Positions 11,743 through 23,275 of a stretch of 64,000 bases of DNA are shown here, in pieces. The position numbers were made by a program, and so were the translations under genes. The stretch is from Octopus vulgaris. Taxonomy: Eukaryota. The notes beneath the pieces were generated by a model that worked only from the letters and a program-made list of their open reading frames with translations, did not search any database and was not told where the DNA came from. Location: positions 35,712,001 through 35,776,000 of the forward strand of contig OX597827.1 of NCBI GenBank assembly GCA_951406725.2. Direction: 5' to 3'. Each line of letters begins with the position of its first letter. The stretch's first letter is position 1.

Positions 11743-11971
11743 CTCTAGCCGAACAATTATTCTGTGCTGATGAAGAGAAATAACCCAGAAATCGCGGTAC
11801 ACAGATATTGTTTTGAGCTGAGTTGGGGTGCTAGATACCCTTGTTCGAAAAAAAATAAGGACACAGATCGTATCGTATAGCCAGTTGGAGACGATGTCTC
11901 CTGAGGCTAAATTACGACAGCATTTGTCCTATACCAGGACTGCCATGTTATGTTGGCAAACAATCTTTACT
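11743..11971 (+). repeat. ~230-bp repeat carrying a type I hammerhead motif (copy B)
   Basis: tctgtg-CTGATGA-agagaaataaccca-GAAA-tcgcgg-TA-cacaga at 11761-11805. Stem I is perfect and extends via aacaat/attgtt; stem II is degenerate. Confidence 0.75.
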
Positions 11972-12248
11972 CCAAAGTACTGTTGCTGAATATCTCTCGT
12001 TGTGAGATTTTAAAGTAGTAATTTTCTAATGTTTTTGTGTTGTTAATTTTCGGAATTGTGAAAGCGTCCAACAAAACGCCTTGTCCCAGTTTTTGTCCAG
12101 GTGCTTTACGTTCTGAGCTCAAACACTGTTGATGTGAACTTTGCCTTTCATCCTTCCAGTAATAGTTGAAGAATCAGTTGAAGAATGCTCGTCAAATTTC
12201 TGACCTTTTTCCTAATTGTTTTTGAATGATCATTGCATAAGCAATATT

Positions 12249-12527
12249 CTTTTCTACTCTAGACACAAGGCCTAGAATTTGGTGGGAGGGAGCCAGTCGA
12301 TTAGATCGAACCCAGTACGCAACTGGTACTTAATTTATCGACTCCGAAAGGATGAAAGGCAAAGTCGACCTCGGCGGAAGTTCTATGTTCAAATTCCGCC
12401 GAGATCGACTTTGCCTTTCATTCTTTCGGGGTCGATAAATTAAGTACCAGTTGCATCCTGGGGTCGACCTAATCGACTGCCCCCCTCCTCAAAAATTTCG
12501 GGCTTTGTGCCTAGAGTAGAAAAGATT
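12249..12527. mobile_element. Inverted (head-to-head) SINE dimer with a single 17-bp TSD
   Basis: Minus-strand SINE 3' half followed by a plus-strand SINE 3' half. attgcataagcaatatt at 12232-12248 and 12528-12544. Confidence 0.85.
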
Positions 12528-12624
12528 ATTGCATAAGCAATATTGACAAAGATTCTCCTCTCTCAATCCATAATTTTCTGAGTGTTTTCTTCCCTTTTCT
12601 GTCGACCCTCTCCTCCTTTTCTTT

Positions 12625-12645
12625 TCCTCTATATCTATCTATCCT

Positions 12646-12683
<38 letters not shown>

Positions 12684-12800
12684 TCTATCTATCTCTCTAT
12701 CTATCTATCTCTCGCTTACACTGTTCTACCTTATCCTTCTCTCTTACCCTTCTTTTTCTTATCCCCCCTCTCTCTCTCTCTCTCTTTTATCCCTCTCTCT
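12625..12800. repeat. (TC)n/(TATC)n low-complexity tract
   Basis: Seen directly in the sequence. Confidence 0.9.
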
Positions 12801-13647
12801 CATTCTCCGTTACATTCGCTGCTGTTTCAGCTATCTTCTAACCTAGTTACAAACCACTTCAGTGATGTTCTTTTTTCTCAGTTGTTTCTCTCAAATTCCA
12901 CATGAGAGAGAGCGTGTTAGGGAGAAGAAAAGGCAACTTAAAATAGAATCATGAAAAGCAATAGCTATGAACTAACTTCCAGTTACTTTCACCATATGTG
13001 CGCGTGTCCCTATGAGAGCAGGAAGCAGAGGCTATTGCGTAGTTCAGTGGAATTAAGAGAATATATGCAACAGTAATGAATTTTAGGAGGCAAACTAACA
13101 CCTGATAGCAGCACTCCATCTACGCATTATTTCAGAAAGTAGTGGATTTTCCTTCACCTCCACATTCAAGCACTAAATTGAAATTGCTACGTTAATGGTC
13201 ACGGCAAAAATACTATTAAGCTGCGCTGTCAGAAAGGTAAATATCAACGATAGAATCCTTATTTGGTTGGTGCGATCTTTGAAATTTTTTTCATTATCGG
13301 AATCGTCATAGCCTAAAACGTGGGATTCCGTAAAAAAAAGAAAGAAAGAAAGAAAGTGGGGAAGGGTCCCGTTTACATCTCCGCCATGTAAGCATTCAAA
13401 TTTTTTATGAGGAAACACCAAAATTGATTCATACACACCTTGCTACCCCATTCCGATGCCTAAAAGTGAAAATCAACGGCTTGTATGTTTGTGTGTGCGC
13501 GTGCGAATGAACAGAGAAAATACACCGAAATATGTTTTACACACCTGTCATATACGTTGATTTTGCTTTTTCGCTTTAAAGGTAAAGGTAAACATTATAT
13601 TCAATAATACGTTTGTATTCTTCATTCAGAAAGAATAAGACTTCGGC

Positions 13648-14402
13648 TCTTCTTTAGAAACGCACCTCTCCAAGAAAATAACACCTAAGTTTTTTTTTTT
13701 CTAATTATGAAAATGGGAAATATATCCAAAATAAATGAAGTATGCAAAAAAAATTAGGAAGATTCATCTATTTCTAAATATTTTATATTAAACACTAAAA
13801 CAAACGGGAAACGGACTCTCGCGAATATAAATATGTCGGACGACACGAGGGGTCCAACAATATCGTTTACAAATTCTTGATTGTTTTTAATCAGATTTTT
13901 TACTGCGCACACTGGTTAGTGTTAGGGTTAGTTTTACGGTTATCGTTAGGATTAGTTACAGTGTTAGGGTTAGCGTTAGTTTTAGGGTTAGGTGGTGTGT
14001 AGTCGCTTTACCTTCGCCTATTTTATGAGGTGATATACGACAGAAATAATTATAAAACAATACAGTAAATACGTTTAAGATGTATGCAAGTTTTATTATT
14101 TTTAGTTTACAGAGAAAATAAATTACAGAACATATAACTCAGTAGCTATTTGGCCCCTCGTATCATTAATAACACCTGACTGGTAAAAGTAAATTATCTT
14201 CCCTTGTATCGTCCAATATGTTAGTTTATATTCGCGAGTGTCCGTTTTTCGTTTGTTTTATTTTTTAGTATAAAATATTTAAAAATTGTTGAATCTTCCT
14301 AAGTTTTTACACATTTCATTTATTTTGGGTATATTTCCCATTTTCCTAACTTTATTTTACAATTAAGCGTCGTTTTCTTGGAGAGGTGCGTTTCTAAAGA
14401 AG
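13648..14402. mobile_element. Foldback MITE with ~200-bp TIRs and internal degenerate TTAGGG repeats
   Basis: cttctttagaaacgcacctctccaagaaaa versus ttttcttggagaggtgcgtttctaaagaag; gttagggtta-like repeats at 13915-13992. Confidence 0.8.
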
Positions 14403-14411
14403 CGCCAAAAC

Positions 14412-15480
14412 TTCCCCACCAAAAAAGTTTGGATATTCGGAATCTACATGATATAACACATATTCATAGAAAATTTCATTAAATATCCATTTTTGTGAAA
14501 GATATCCTCCAAAGTCGGTGGGGCAGAAATTTGTAGTTATGCCTGGATGGTGCCCACAAAATTTACCACAATCGCTCCAGAGAAGGGAAGATAAGTTTTT
14601 TTGTAAAACATACTCCAAGAGCACCATGAAAAGAAATCTAAAACGGAGAAATTCCAACTTGTTGATGCTTCCTAACTCCGAAGTCGGCCTATATATGTAT
14701 CTATGGTGTGTCTTTGTGTTTGACTAATGTTGTGGTATTTACATCCCCATCACTTAGCGGTTCGGCAAGAAAAAAAAACGAGAATAATACTAGGCTTCAA
14801 AAATAAGGGGTCGTTTCGTTCGACTAAAGCCCTTCAAGGCAATGCTCCATCATGGCCGTAATCAAGTGACTGAAACAAGTAAAGGAGTAACTCCACAATG
14901 TCACCTTCTTCTTGATGAACATCAATCGCCCTTCTATAGTCTGAGTATGGATGTTGCTATTTGGATTTTAAGAAATTAGTGAATCGTTGACCAACACAAA
15001 AAGAACCCCATCGAATATCAAATGTGTTTCATGAAATTTTGGTATATTACTGGGCATAACTACAGATTTCTGCCCACTACCCACTTTGGATGACCATAAC
15101 TTCCAGAAAAATGGATATTTTTTAATGAAATTTCCCACGAATATGCGTTATATCATGTAAATTCCGAATGTACAAAATTTGGGAGGGGAGTTTTAGGAGT
15201 GGGGAATTTCAGAAAATGCACGCGAGTCCACTTTAATTCGTCTTAACTTTCAAGAAAATGGATATTTTTTAATGAAATTCTCTACAAATATACCTCGGAC
15301 TATGTAGATTCCGAGGACATAAGAATTTGGGTGGGCGGTGGGGGAAAACAGTTGGGGATTATTTTTGAGAACCGTTCCCCACTCGCGAGTGTTTCTGAAC
15401 AAGTCCATGTTTGTAGAGTATTTTCTTGAAAGCTAGGACGAATTGAAGTGGACTCCGGTGAATTTTCCGAAATTCCCCAG
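14412..15480. repeat. Foldback-type inverted repeats (14412-14564 with 15034-15188; ~15222-15260 with ~15420-15457)
   Basis: gggcagaaatttgtagttatgcc versus ggcataactacagatttctgccc; gagtccactttaattcgtc versus gacgaattgaagtggactc. Confidence 0.7.
14680..14890 (+). mobile_element. SINE 3' part with a CR1-like tail
   Basis: acttagcggttcggcaa...aaggcaatgctccatcatggccgtaatcaagtgactgaaacaag resembles the CR1 3' end at 26711-26752. Confidence 0.6.
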
Positions 15481-15677
15481 CCAACCCCAACCCCAAAATT
15501 AGGCTGTATCCTAATATGCCACATCTTTTATGCACTTTAGAAATAATTCCTGATGGACAAGGGGCTTTTACAGTCTTCATATTCTGCTGCCAAGAAGAAT
15601 TAGGACAGCTCTCTCATATTTGCAAGCCATTCATTTTCACTTTTAGATAGCGGGATGGGGTGGCAAGGGGCGTATGA

Positions 15678-15900
15678 ATTAGGGTTAGGGTTAGGGGTTG
15701 GGGAAGAGTATCTTTTTTTCTTCACAAATGTAAATAAACCCAATCTGTTTCTTAAAGGAGGGACATATTCATTATGCACAGAATGTTATTTACCTAAATG
15801 GACGTAAGCGATTGGTTAAAATTGCCGAAATGCTCGAAATTAAAGACGAAATATCTTACAACCTATAGAATTTTCTCAATAAAGCCAAGTATACGAAGTT
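15678..15900 (+). mobile_element. Partial TTAGGG-containing MITE (one arm) related to 56131-57007
   Basis: (TTAGGG)3, then gattggttaaaattgccgaaat...ttttctcaataaagccaag, similar to 56820-56905. Confidence 0.55.
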
Positions 15901-16689
15901 TAAAACTTTTTAGTTACCTAGAAATTATGTTACAAAGTGCCGTTCAAAAGGAAAATATCCGAGGGGAGAATTGAAAATTTTGAAAACATGGTTTTTGGAA
16001 TATACAGAATCTTTGTCATAAAACATAGGAATCCGTTGAAAAAAAAAATTTCCAAAAGAAAAGGTCGATTCTTTCGTATCAGTGTACTTGTAAACATTAA
16101 CTTAGTTTGCTTTTCAAATAACTGAAATATTTTGAGTCAAAATTAATCTTCGGCTACATAAAGCGATAACTAAACACGCGACGTGTTCAATAGTAGTGTT
16201 TATAGTTCGTCCATACTGTAAAAAAAAACGCGCCAAAATTATACCGCCCACGCTTTAAAGTCATATGATCACAAATAATTGACTTTTTTTTTGTCTTCGC
16301 TTGCAAAACCAGAGGGCAATGTTCAAATTTGCGTCTTCTATACAGCAATCCTTTTATGCATATCGTGCTGTATCATCCCGTTGGTTTTCTTGTTTTTTAT
16401 TTTTTTTTTATATTCGCCTTTAGTTCGTTAATTTTCCGGGTCTCTTTTTTCTTCTTTTGGTTTTGTAAGATATTCGCCTTTAGTTCGTTAATTTCTCGGT
16501 TTATTTGTTTGTTTGTTTTTGTTTTTTTGTTGTTGCTTTTTTTTTTGTAACATATTCATCCTTAGTTCGTTGATTTTCCGGATCAGCTGAAATTTACTTT
16601 TTGACAGTTGGCTGTTGTCACTCTTCAGTGAGAACGCTTACTTTTTTAGTTTCCCATTTTATTTCATTAAAAGCTCTATTTTCTGATTC

Positions 16690-17985
16690 AAGATTTTCCT
16701 GTGTCGTCCGCTTTCACTTCACCACCAGTAATAGTCCGCTTTACCGCCTTGACAGGGACTAATGTTCCTTTCACCCAAAGCTTCATGGAGCAGAAGTCCA
16801 GTTGACATGCCATAGATTCCAAGTAGTCCATACATAAGAGACAAGGATACTCCATCTGCACCACGTAGATTGGAAGCACGACCTTTTGTCCTGCAACTTC
16901 AATCAGGACATCAACCGGAGCTCAAAGTTCAGTACAGTACCCGGTAACAACACACAACTGCCGTGATGATTCTGGAGGTCTCAATGCTTTCGGGTCTCAC
17001 AAAAGTCAGCTCATAGGCCAAATCAACCACAAGGCGACACTTCTGGCCGTCAGTTTTACTATCCACTTGTATGCTAACAGTTACAGTCCTTTTACCTCTT
17101 CTCGGGGTTGGGGTTTCTTTGGAATATTCAGCTGGAAGTTTCTCCTTAACGCCAGCCCCTTCTAGTTTTCCGACTTTCCTTTATCTTTCGTTACCTTCTT
17201 ACTATCCTTCTTTCGCGTAGGTCAGTCAAAACTAAGATGTCCCTTTTCACCACATGTCCAGCGCTCTCTCCTAAGTGTGAACTTTTTTCTACCGTCCTGT
17301 CTTTGCTCTCTCTTCAGGCTGTAACAATCTTGCATTTTGTGTCCTGGCTTCCCACAGGGCCAACAATTTATTCCAACCATCTCTTGTTCTTTCTTCTTCA
17401 AACAGCTTTCATATTTATGTCCGACCTTCTCTCAGTACCACCAACAACTTTCATTAAATCTTCCTGTTTCACGTACTTGCCCCTTCCTTGCTTTGAATCC
17501 GGAACTGTAATCCACCTGGAATTTTCCTGTGCTTATCCTTACATACGACTCAAATTCTAGAGCTCTATCCAGTGCCTCTTGCAGAGTATTTGGCTGTGCT
17601 TGTTTCACTTGAACTTCCCAAAGTGTCCATAAAGTGTTCTTTCAGAAGAGCTAAAAGTTTCTGAGTAAGCTGTTGTAGAGATTCTCCTCTAACCCTTACA
17701 CGGGTCTGTAATCGTACCCTGTACACTTCACTCGGGCGCATAGTGCCATATCTTCTCTCTAACACTTCAACTAGTGAAGAATGGCAGTTTCTGTCCTCCA
17801 CAGACAAGTGGATCAGTACCTCTAGTGCAGCGCCCTTTAGACTCGTAGCAAGCTGAACTGCTCTTTGTCCATAATCCTATCCATTCTCGTCAGCCAATAG
17901 CTCAAACTGGACGCGGTAAGCCTCTCATGACAATTTACTGTCAAATTCATGTGGCTGCTTCTTAATGAGGACTCCACTGCGCTAC
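16690..17985 (-). mobile_element. Decayed Ty3/Gypsy gag-protease relic
   Basis: Minus-strand translation QLATSLKGAALEVL...LERRYG...YRVRLQTRVRVRGESLQQL (gag); knuckle remnant CGEKGH; protease-like CLLCMDYL. Confidence 0.7.
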
Positions 17986-18007
17986 TTTTTTGCACCAATT
18001 TATTTTA

Positions 18008-18870
18008 CTACTTAAAGCTGCATAACATTTTTTCTCTCAAATACTTTTTAACGGGGTCGTCACCAAGATTCTACTCATTGAGTTATTTTAAATAGTCATA
18101 ATTGAAGTATAGTTTTTCATTTAAATAACTGAGAAATTACGAGTCAAAGTAAACATTAGGTGTTACTCTTCTATTTTTGGCCTGACATTTTAAATCATAA
18201 CTTTTTTTTTTTCTACAAAACCAAATTTCGATTATTTTATGTCAAAATGTAGCTTACTACTGGTCCATCATAGTGCAAAAAAAATACGAATAAAGTTTGA
18301 GCTAAAACGGAATCAGTGGTAAAACGTTAAATTGGCCACGGGTGCGTAAAACAACAAATTATCACATTTTTTTCGTCACTTAAAGCTGCATAACTTTTTT
18401 CTAATATCTGTTAACGGAGTTTTCACCAAAAGATCCTACTCATTGAATAATTTTAAAAGTATATAATTAAAGTATAATTTGCTGACATATTTTGAGACAG
18501 TTGATTTTAGGCGTTACTTACCAAGTTTTTGGCTACTTAAAGCTATATAACTTTTTTTTCTATCTTATATCTTTTAACGAGATCGTCACCAAAATATTCT
18601 CCTAAAAAATCTTTTAAAAATATATAATCAAAGTACAGTTTACTTTTCAAATAACTGAGAAACTACGAGTCAAAGTGAATATCAGGCGTAACTCTCCCAT
18701 TTTTGGCCCTACATTTTTTATCATAACTTTTTTCTACTGAACCAGATTTCGATTATCTTAGGTCAAAACGTTGCTTACCACTGGTCCGCCATAGTGAAAA
18801 AAGCCGAATTAAGATTGAGCTAAAATTGAATTAGTGCTAAAGCGCCAAATTGGCCGCGAGTGAGTAAAAG
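18008..18870. repeat. Direct tandem repeat (about 350, 155 and 340 bp units) with cataactttt subrepeats
   Basis: acttaaagctgcataac recurs near 18010, 18378 and 18535; aaataactgagaaa(t/c)tacgagtcaaagt near 18123 and 18649. Confidence 0.8.
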
Positions 18871-18974
18871 TTGACCTTAAGAATATTGTTCACACACTGC
18901 CGTGTTGGAACGATGAAAGACATACTGTGCTTTCGAGTTGGAACCGAAGTCCACCAGTGATGTGGAGCAGAGCG

Positions 18975-19035
<61 letters not shown>

Positions 19036-19051
19036 AGTGTGTGTGTATGTA

Positions 19052-19390
19052 TGTTGTTGTGGCACTCCGTCGATTACGACGACGAGGGTTCCAGCTGATA
19101 TGATCAACGGAACAGCCCGCTCGTGAAATTAACGTAGTTCTCGGGGAGATTCAGCGTGACACAGTGTGTGACAAGGCTAACCCTTTGAAATACAGGTACA
19201 ACAGAAACAGGAAGAAAGAGTAAGTTGTGGTGAAAGAATACAGCAGTGTTCGCCACCACCATCTGCTGGAGCCTCGTGGAGATTTAGGTGTTTTCGCCTA
19301 ATAAACATTCACAACGCCCGGTCTGGAAATCGAAACTGCGATCCTATGACCGCGACTCCGCTGCTCTAACCACTGGGCCATTGCGCCTCC
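19052..19390 (-). mobile_element. tRNA-derived SINE (second family) between microsatellites
   Basis: A box tggcccagtgg and B-box-like gtttcgatttc; head nearly matches 63051-63240 and tail matches 55960-56110. Confidence 0.85.
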
Positions 19391-19911
19391 GTATACATGT
19401 ATGTATGTATGTATGTATGTATGTATGTATGTATGTATGTATGTATGTGTGCGTGCGTACGTGCGTGCGTGCGTGCGTGCGTGCATGTATGTATGTATGT
19501 ATGTATGTATGTATGTATGTATGTATGTATGTATGTATGTATGTATGCATGTGCGTGCGTGCACAAATTCAATTATTTAGCGGAAATTTGCTTCGAAAAT
19601 TTTTAATCGTACTTTCCGATGTTTCAAATAATGTACATTTGAAAGAAAATTTTCAAAAATTCAAAGCGAGCAAGTTACGGAAAGGTGAAAGAAGTGTGCC
19701 AAAAATACTTTGGAGGGGGGTGAAAATATGGACAATTCGAATTTCTTATATACGAACGGATGCAGAAACGTTCTTGGCTTTGTATAAAAGAAAATACAGG
19801 AGGGTCAGCTATGTTTTTATTCAACATATCCCTCTCTCAGATTCATACTCTTATTGCAGCAGTCCTTCAATTATTCTAAGCCCTGTAAAATAACTCGGAA
19901 GGTTATGCCTC

Positions 19912-20175
19912 TAACCGTCGTCGTACGGGGACGACGGTTAGGATATTTTCGTGGGTGTGATGGTCACACCCTTGATAGATTTACAAAGTAACTTATTTCT
20001 ATCGTTAATCAGTTAGGACTTAAAATTACAGTAGCTACTAATCTCTTTATAGTTGACTATTTAGATGTTTCCCTAGATCTGAACTCCTCTTCATATAAAA
20101 CTTACCAACAGACTAATGAGAAACTCGCATATATACATAAACAGTCTTGTCACCTTCCTGTAGTATTTAAAAAGC
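19912..20175 (+). mobile_element. Penelope-like RT fragment
   Basis: YGDDG followed by LGLKITVATNLFIVDYLDVSLDLNSSSYKTY...YIHKQSCHLP, similar to the RT end at 30425-30670. Confidence 0.7.
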
Positions 20176-20235
20176 TGTGGGACTGAACCCGGAACCATGT
20201 GGTTGGGAAGCAAGCTTCTTACCACACAGCCACCT
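20175..20235 (-). mobile_element. tRNA-like SINE head fragment
   Basis: Minus strand gtggctgtgtggtaagaagcttgcttcccaaccacatggttccgggttcagtccca (A and B boxes). Confidence 0.65.
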
Positions 20236-20507
20236 TAAGTTTTACCCCCTTTCTTAAGTTTTTCTAGTTAATCTCTACTCATCTGTAGACAATATACGCC
20301 AGTCGTCGTACGTAATATCGTCTGGCCAGTTTTTCTTATACACCGGGTCATCTTAACAGCATTATAGGCCACTGGGTAAAGTAATGCTTTGGGACCCCTT
20401 CATACACAACCACATAATCATTACTTTTGTATCGAGCCCCTAAACTTGTGGAACCAGCGGACAACTTTCCACTGTGCATATGCCTTAAGGCCGTACTAGC
20501 TATATAT

Positions 20508-20685
20508 ATTTCTTTACTACCCACAAGGGGCTAAACACAGAGGGGACAAACGAGGACAGACAAACGGATTAAGTCGATTACATTGACTCCAGTGTGTAAC
20601 TGGTACTTAGTTTATCGACCCCGAAAGGATGAAAGTCGATATAATCGACTTAATCCCTTTGTCTAGAAAGGTCAGTAAAGAAATA
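20508..20685. mobile_element. Second inverted SINE dimer with both 3' tails facing outward
   Basis: tatttctttactacccac... (minus tail) joined to gtcgatataatcgacttaatcc...agtaaagaaata (plus tail), within TA context. Confidence 0.7.
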
Positions 20686-21982
20686 TATATATCAGTTGAA
20701 ATGCCATATATCTTAGATTTTCCCTCCATACATTCTCTATAACGCTTCGAGTCTATCCCTTCTTTTCTCACTCCTTCTCTCCTAATTCCTTGATATAGGG
20801 CCACATCTACGTCTACATTTTTTCTCTAGCTGCTCTTTCGCTCCGTTGTCTTGGTGGCATGACTTCGTTTTGCAAACTTTTTACATGTCAATGCACATGT
20901 AATTGCATTCGTGCCCGCGTGTATGTGAAAATAACGGTCACCACATCTCTGGCTGGCCGCTTGAGTGACTTGTGTTGTGTTCCTATATGTTTGGTAGGAC
21001 GCTCATCCTTTTACACAATTGCCTCTCTCTGTTTCTCTCTCCTATCTCTTCTTTCTTTCCCCCTCTCCCTCCCTCTCTCTCTCTCTCTCTTTCTCTCTCT
21101 TTCCCTCTCTCTCTCCCTCCCTCTCTCTCTCCCTCTCTCTCTTGCTCTTTTCGTCTATCTCCATCACAGTCTTTCTGTTACCTTGTTACACAATGCTTCA
21201 TGTGTGTGTGTGTAGCTAGCTAGATAGATGAATGGATAGGCAAATAGATATGCTACATAGGTATAAATACATGTACATGAATATGCGTACATATATACTC
21301 GTACACACACATGCATTCATACGTGCATGCATACATACATACATACATACATACATACATACATACATACATACACACACACATACATGCATGCATGCAT
21401 ACATGCATACATAATGGATCGGAGCGGAGAAGACATTACCTCCCTAACTTCCTTAGCTTTGTGTTCAATAAAATAACACAGTTATTATATTCGGAATCTG
21501 TAGTCACGTTATCGACAATCTATAAGTATTGTCACAGTATCACCACGATTCACGCCATTATGGTTAGTAATAGCATTTTACAGCCAATAACTGACTGTGG
21601 AATACATTCTTGCAAAATATTTGACAACCTGGATAGATCGTCGAACACACAGACACAAATACAGGTTGATCTCAATTTCCTAACTGTAGCCTAGATTCTC
21701 TCAATTCCCCTTGAGTTACGTACGCTCCGAGGCCCTTTCTCACTATAAAACGTACACACGCACATGAGACACGTACGCATACATTTAGCGAGTAAACTTT
21801 CTTAGGCGATGTGATTTGATTCTTGTTATTTGGGTCACAAGTGAAGATTGGTGGCCTATTTTACTGATAATCTATAAGCAAGTTACGAGACGAACTTACT
21901 GGTAATTCTAAGACAATCGGACTGCTTACTTTTTGGTGATTTCGTTACAGTCTTTTCTGAAAAGAATTTCCAGATTCTTTAA

Positions 21983-22377
21983 TCTCTCTCTATATATAAG
22001 GCTGAAGTTGTCTGTGTATGGCAGGTTTGGTAGTCTTCAACTAACACTATCTCCTCCGAAACTCTGCGGCGTAAGTTGACCAAAATTGAGAGTATGATAG
22101 AAGAAGGCTTGCTCTTCATTCCGTAGGAGATAAAATTCAAATCGGACCATGTTAACACCAAAAATTATTTACATCAAAAAGGTGCTTTTTTTCTATGAAA
22201 ATCCCTATTTTTTTACGATATTTTGAGTGCTGTGTCGCCATTTTTCGGTGCATTTCAACCAGAAAAATGTTCACTTAAAGAGAATAACAAGCTACATAAT
22301 GCAAAATTTTTACTTTTCAAAAATTCCAGTTCTAAAGGGTCGAAACAAACCCGAGTAACGCCGGGCGATACTGCTAG
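21983..22377 (+). mobile_element. Non-autonomous Helitron
   Basis: 5' TC...tatatataa start after an A; 3' hairpin cccgagtaacgccggg followed about 8 nt later by CTAG. Confidence 0.75.
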
Positions 22378-22589
22378 CACAGAATAAAAAGAATCACATT
22401 TAAAATTTCCTTTGGAGTTTGTCTTCTGCCTACAACATTCATGCTGTATTGAAGACGTTCTTTCATCTTGTGTTCTCGTCCACTTTCTTTCCAACTGAAA
22501 GATGACTTTCCGCTGTTTGTATTCATCTCCTATGTTGTCCATTGCTTTTCTTATTGTTCTGGATTTACTATATATAACTCAGCGATTTA

Positions 22590-22654
<65 letters not shown>

Positions 22655-23275
22655 TTAAACACTTTTGATAATGAACTTATTGTCCATTCTTTATGTTGCG
22701 CCTTTGTGTGTATATAACTTATATATAGGTCTTTATCAAAAGATAAAAACATATAAAACAAATGGAGTGTGAAAGGAAAACAAGAAAATAGTTACATAAC
22801 TTGAAAATATTCACAATGAAAAACAGAAATTGAAAATTGTTAAATAAGGTTAAATAACTTTCAAACATTTTAAAGTAAAAACAAAAGTTATGAAATAATA
22901 AAAATGTGAAAGTACTTTATCAGCGGGAAAATTTCGGCAACTGTTGTAGTATATTTCGTTTTTAATCTAAAATGCCTCAGCTTTTTGTTCCATGCAACGT
23001 TTCCTAATATATGCATGTAAAGTGTGATTTTAAGGAAATTTAGTTGGTATTGCAAGTAGGTCGAAAGACATCGTAGAGCCTTTCTGAAGGAGAACACTTC
23101 CTTTTTCCGAGCTGAGATTCGAAATCGAATCTAAGGATTCACGCTCGTCTGATCCACCACTGGCCAAACAGTCACAAAAAAATTTCTTCGTCCTGTCAAA
23201 AAGTGATGGATGGATTTCCTTTCGACCTATAGGTAGAAATTACTCCTGTATGTCTATCCTTCTAGCTATCATGAC

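Noticed and set aside
19288-19893. ORFs with YVCM/HTYI repeats (also near 1723, 21216-21694, 28446-28966, 59387-59744 and 63588-63990)
   Set aside because: Translations of microsatellite or low-complexity DNA, with no protein signal.
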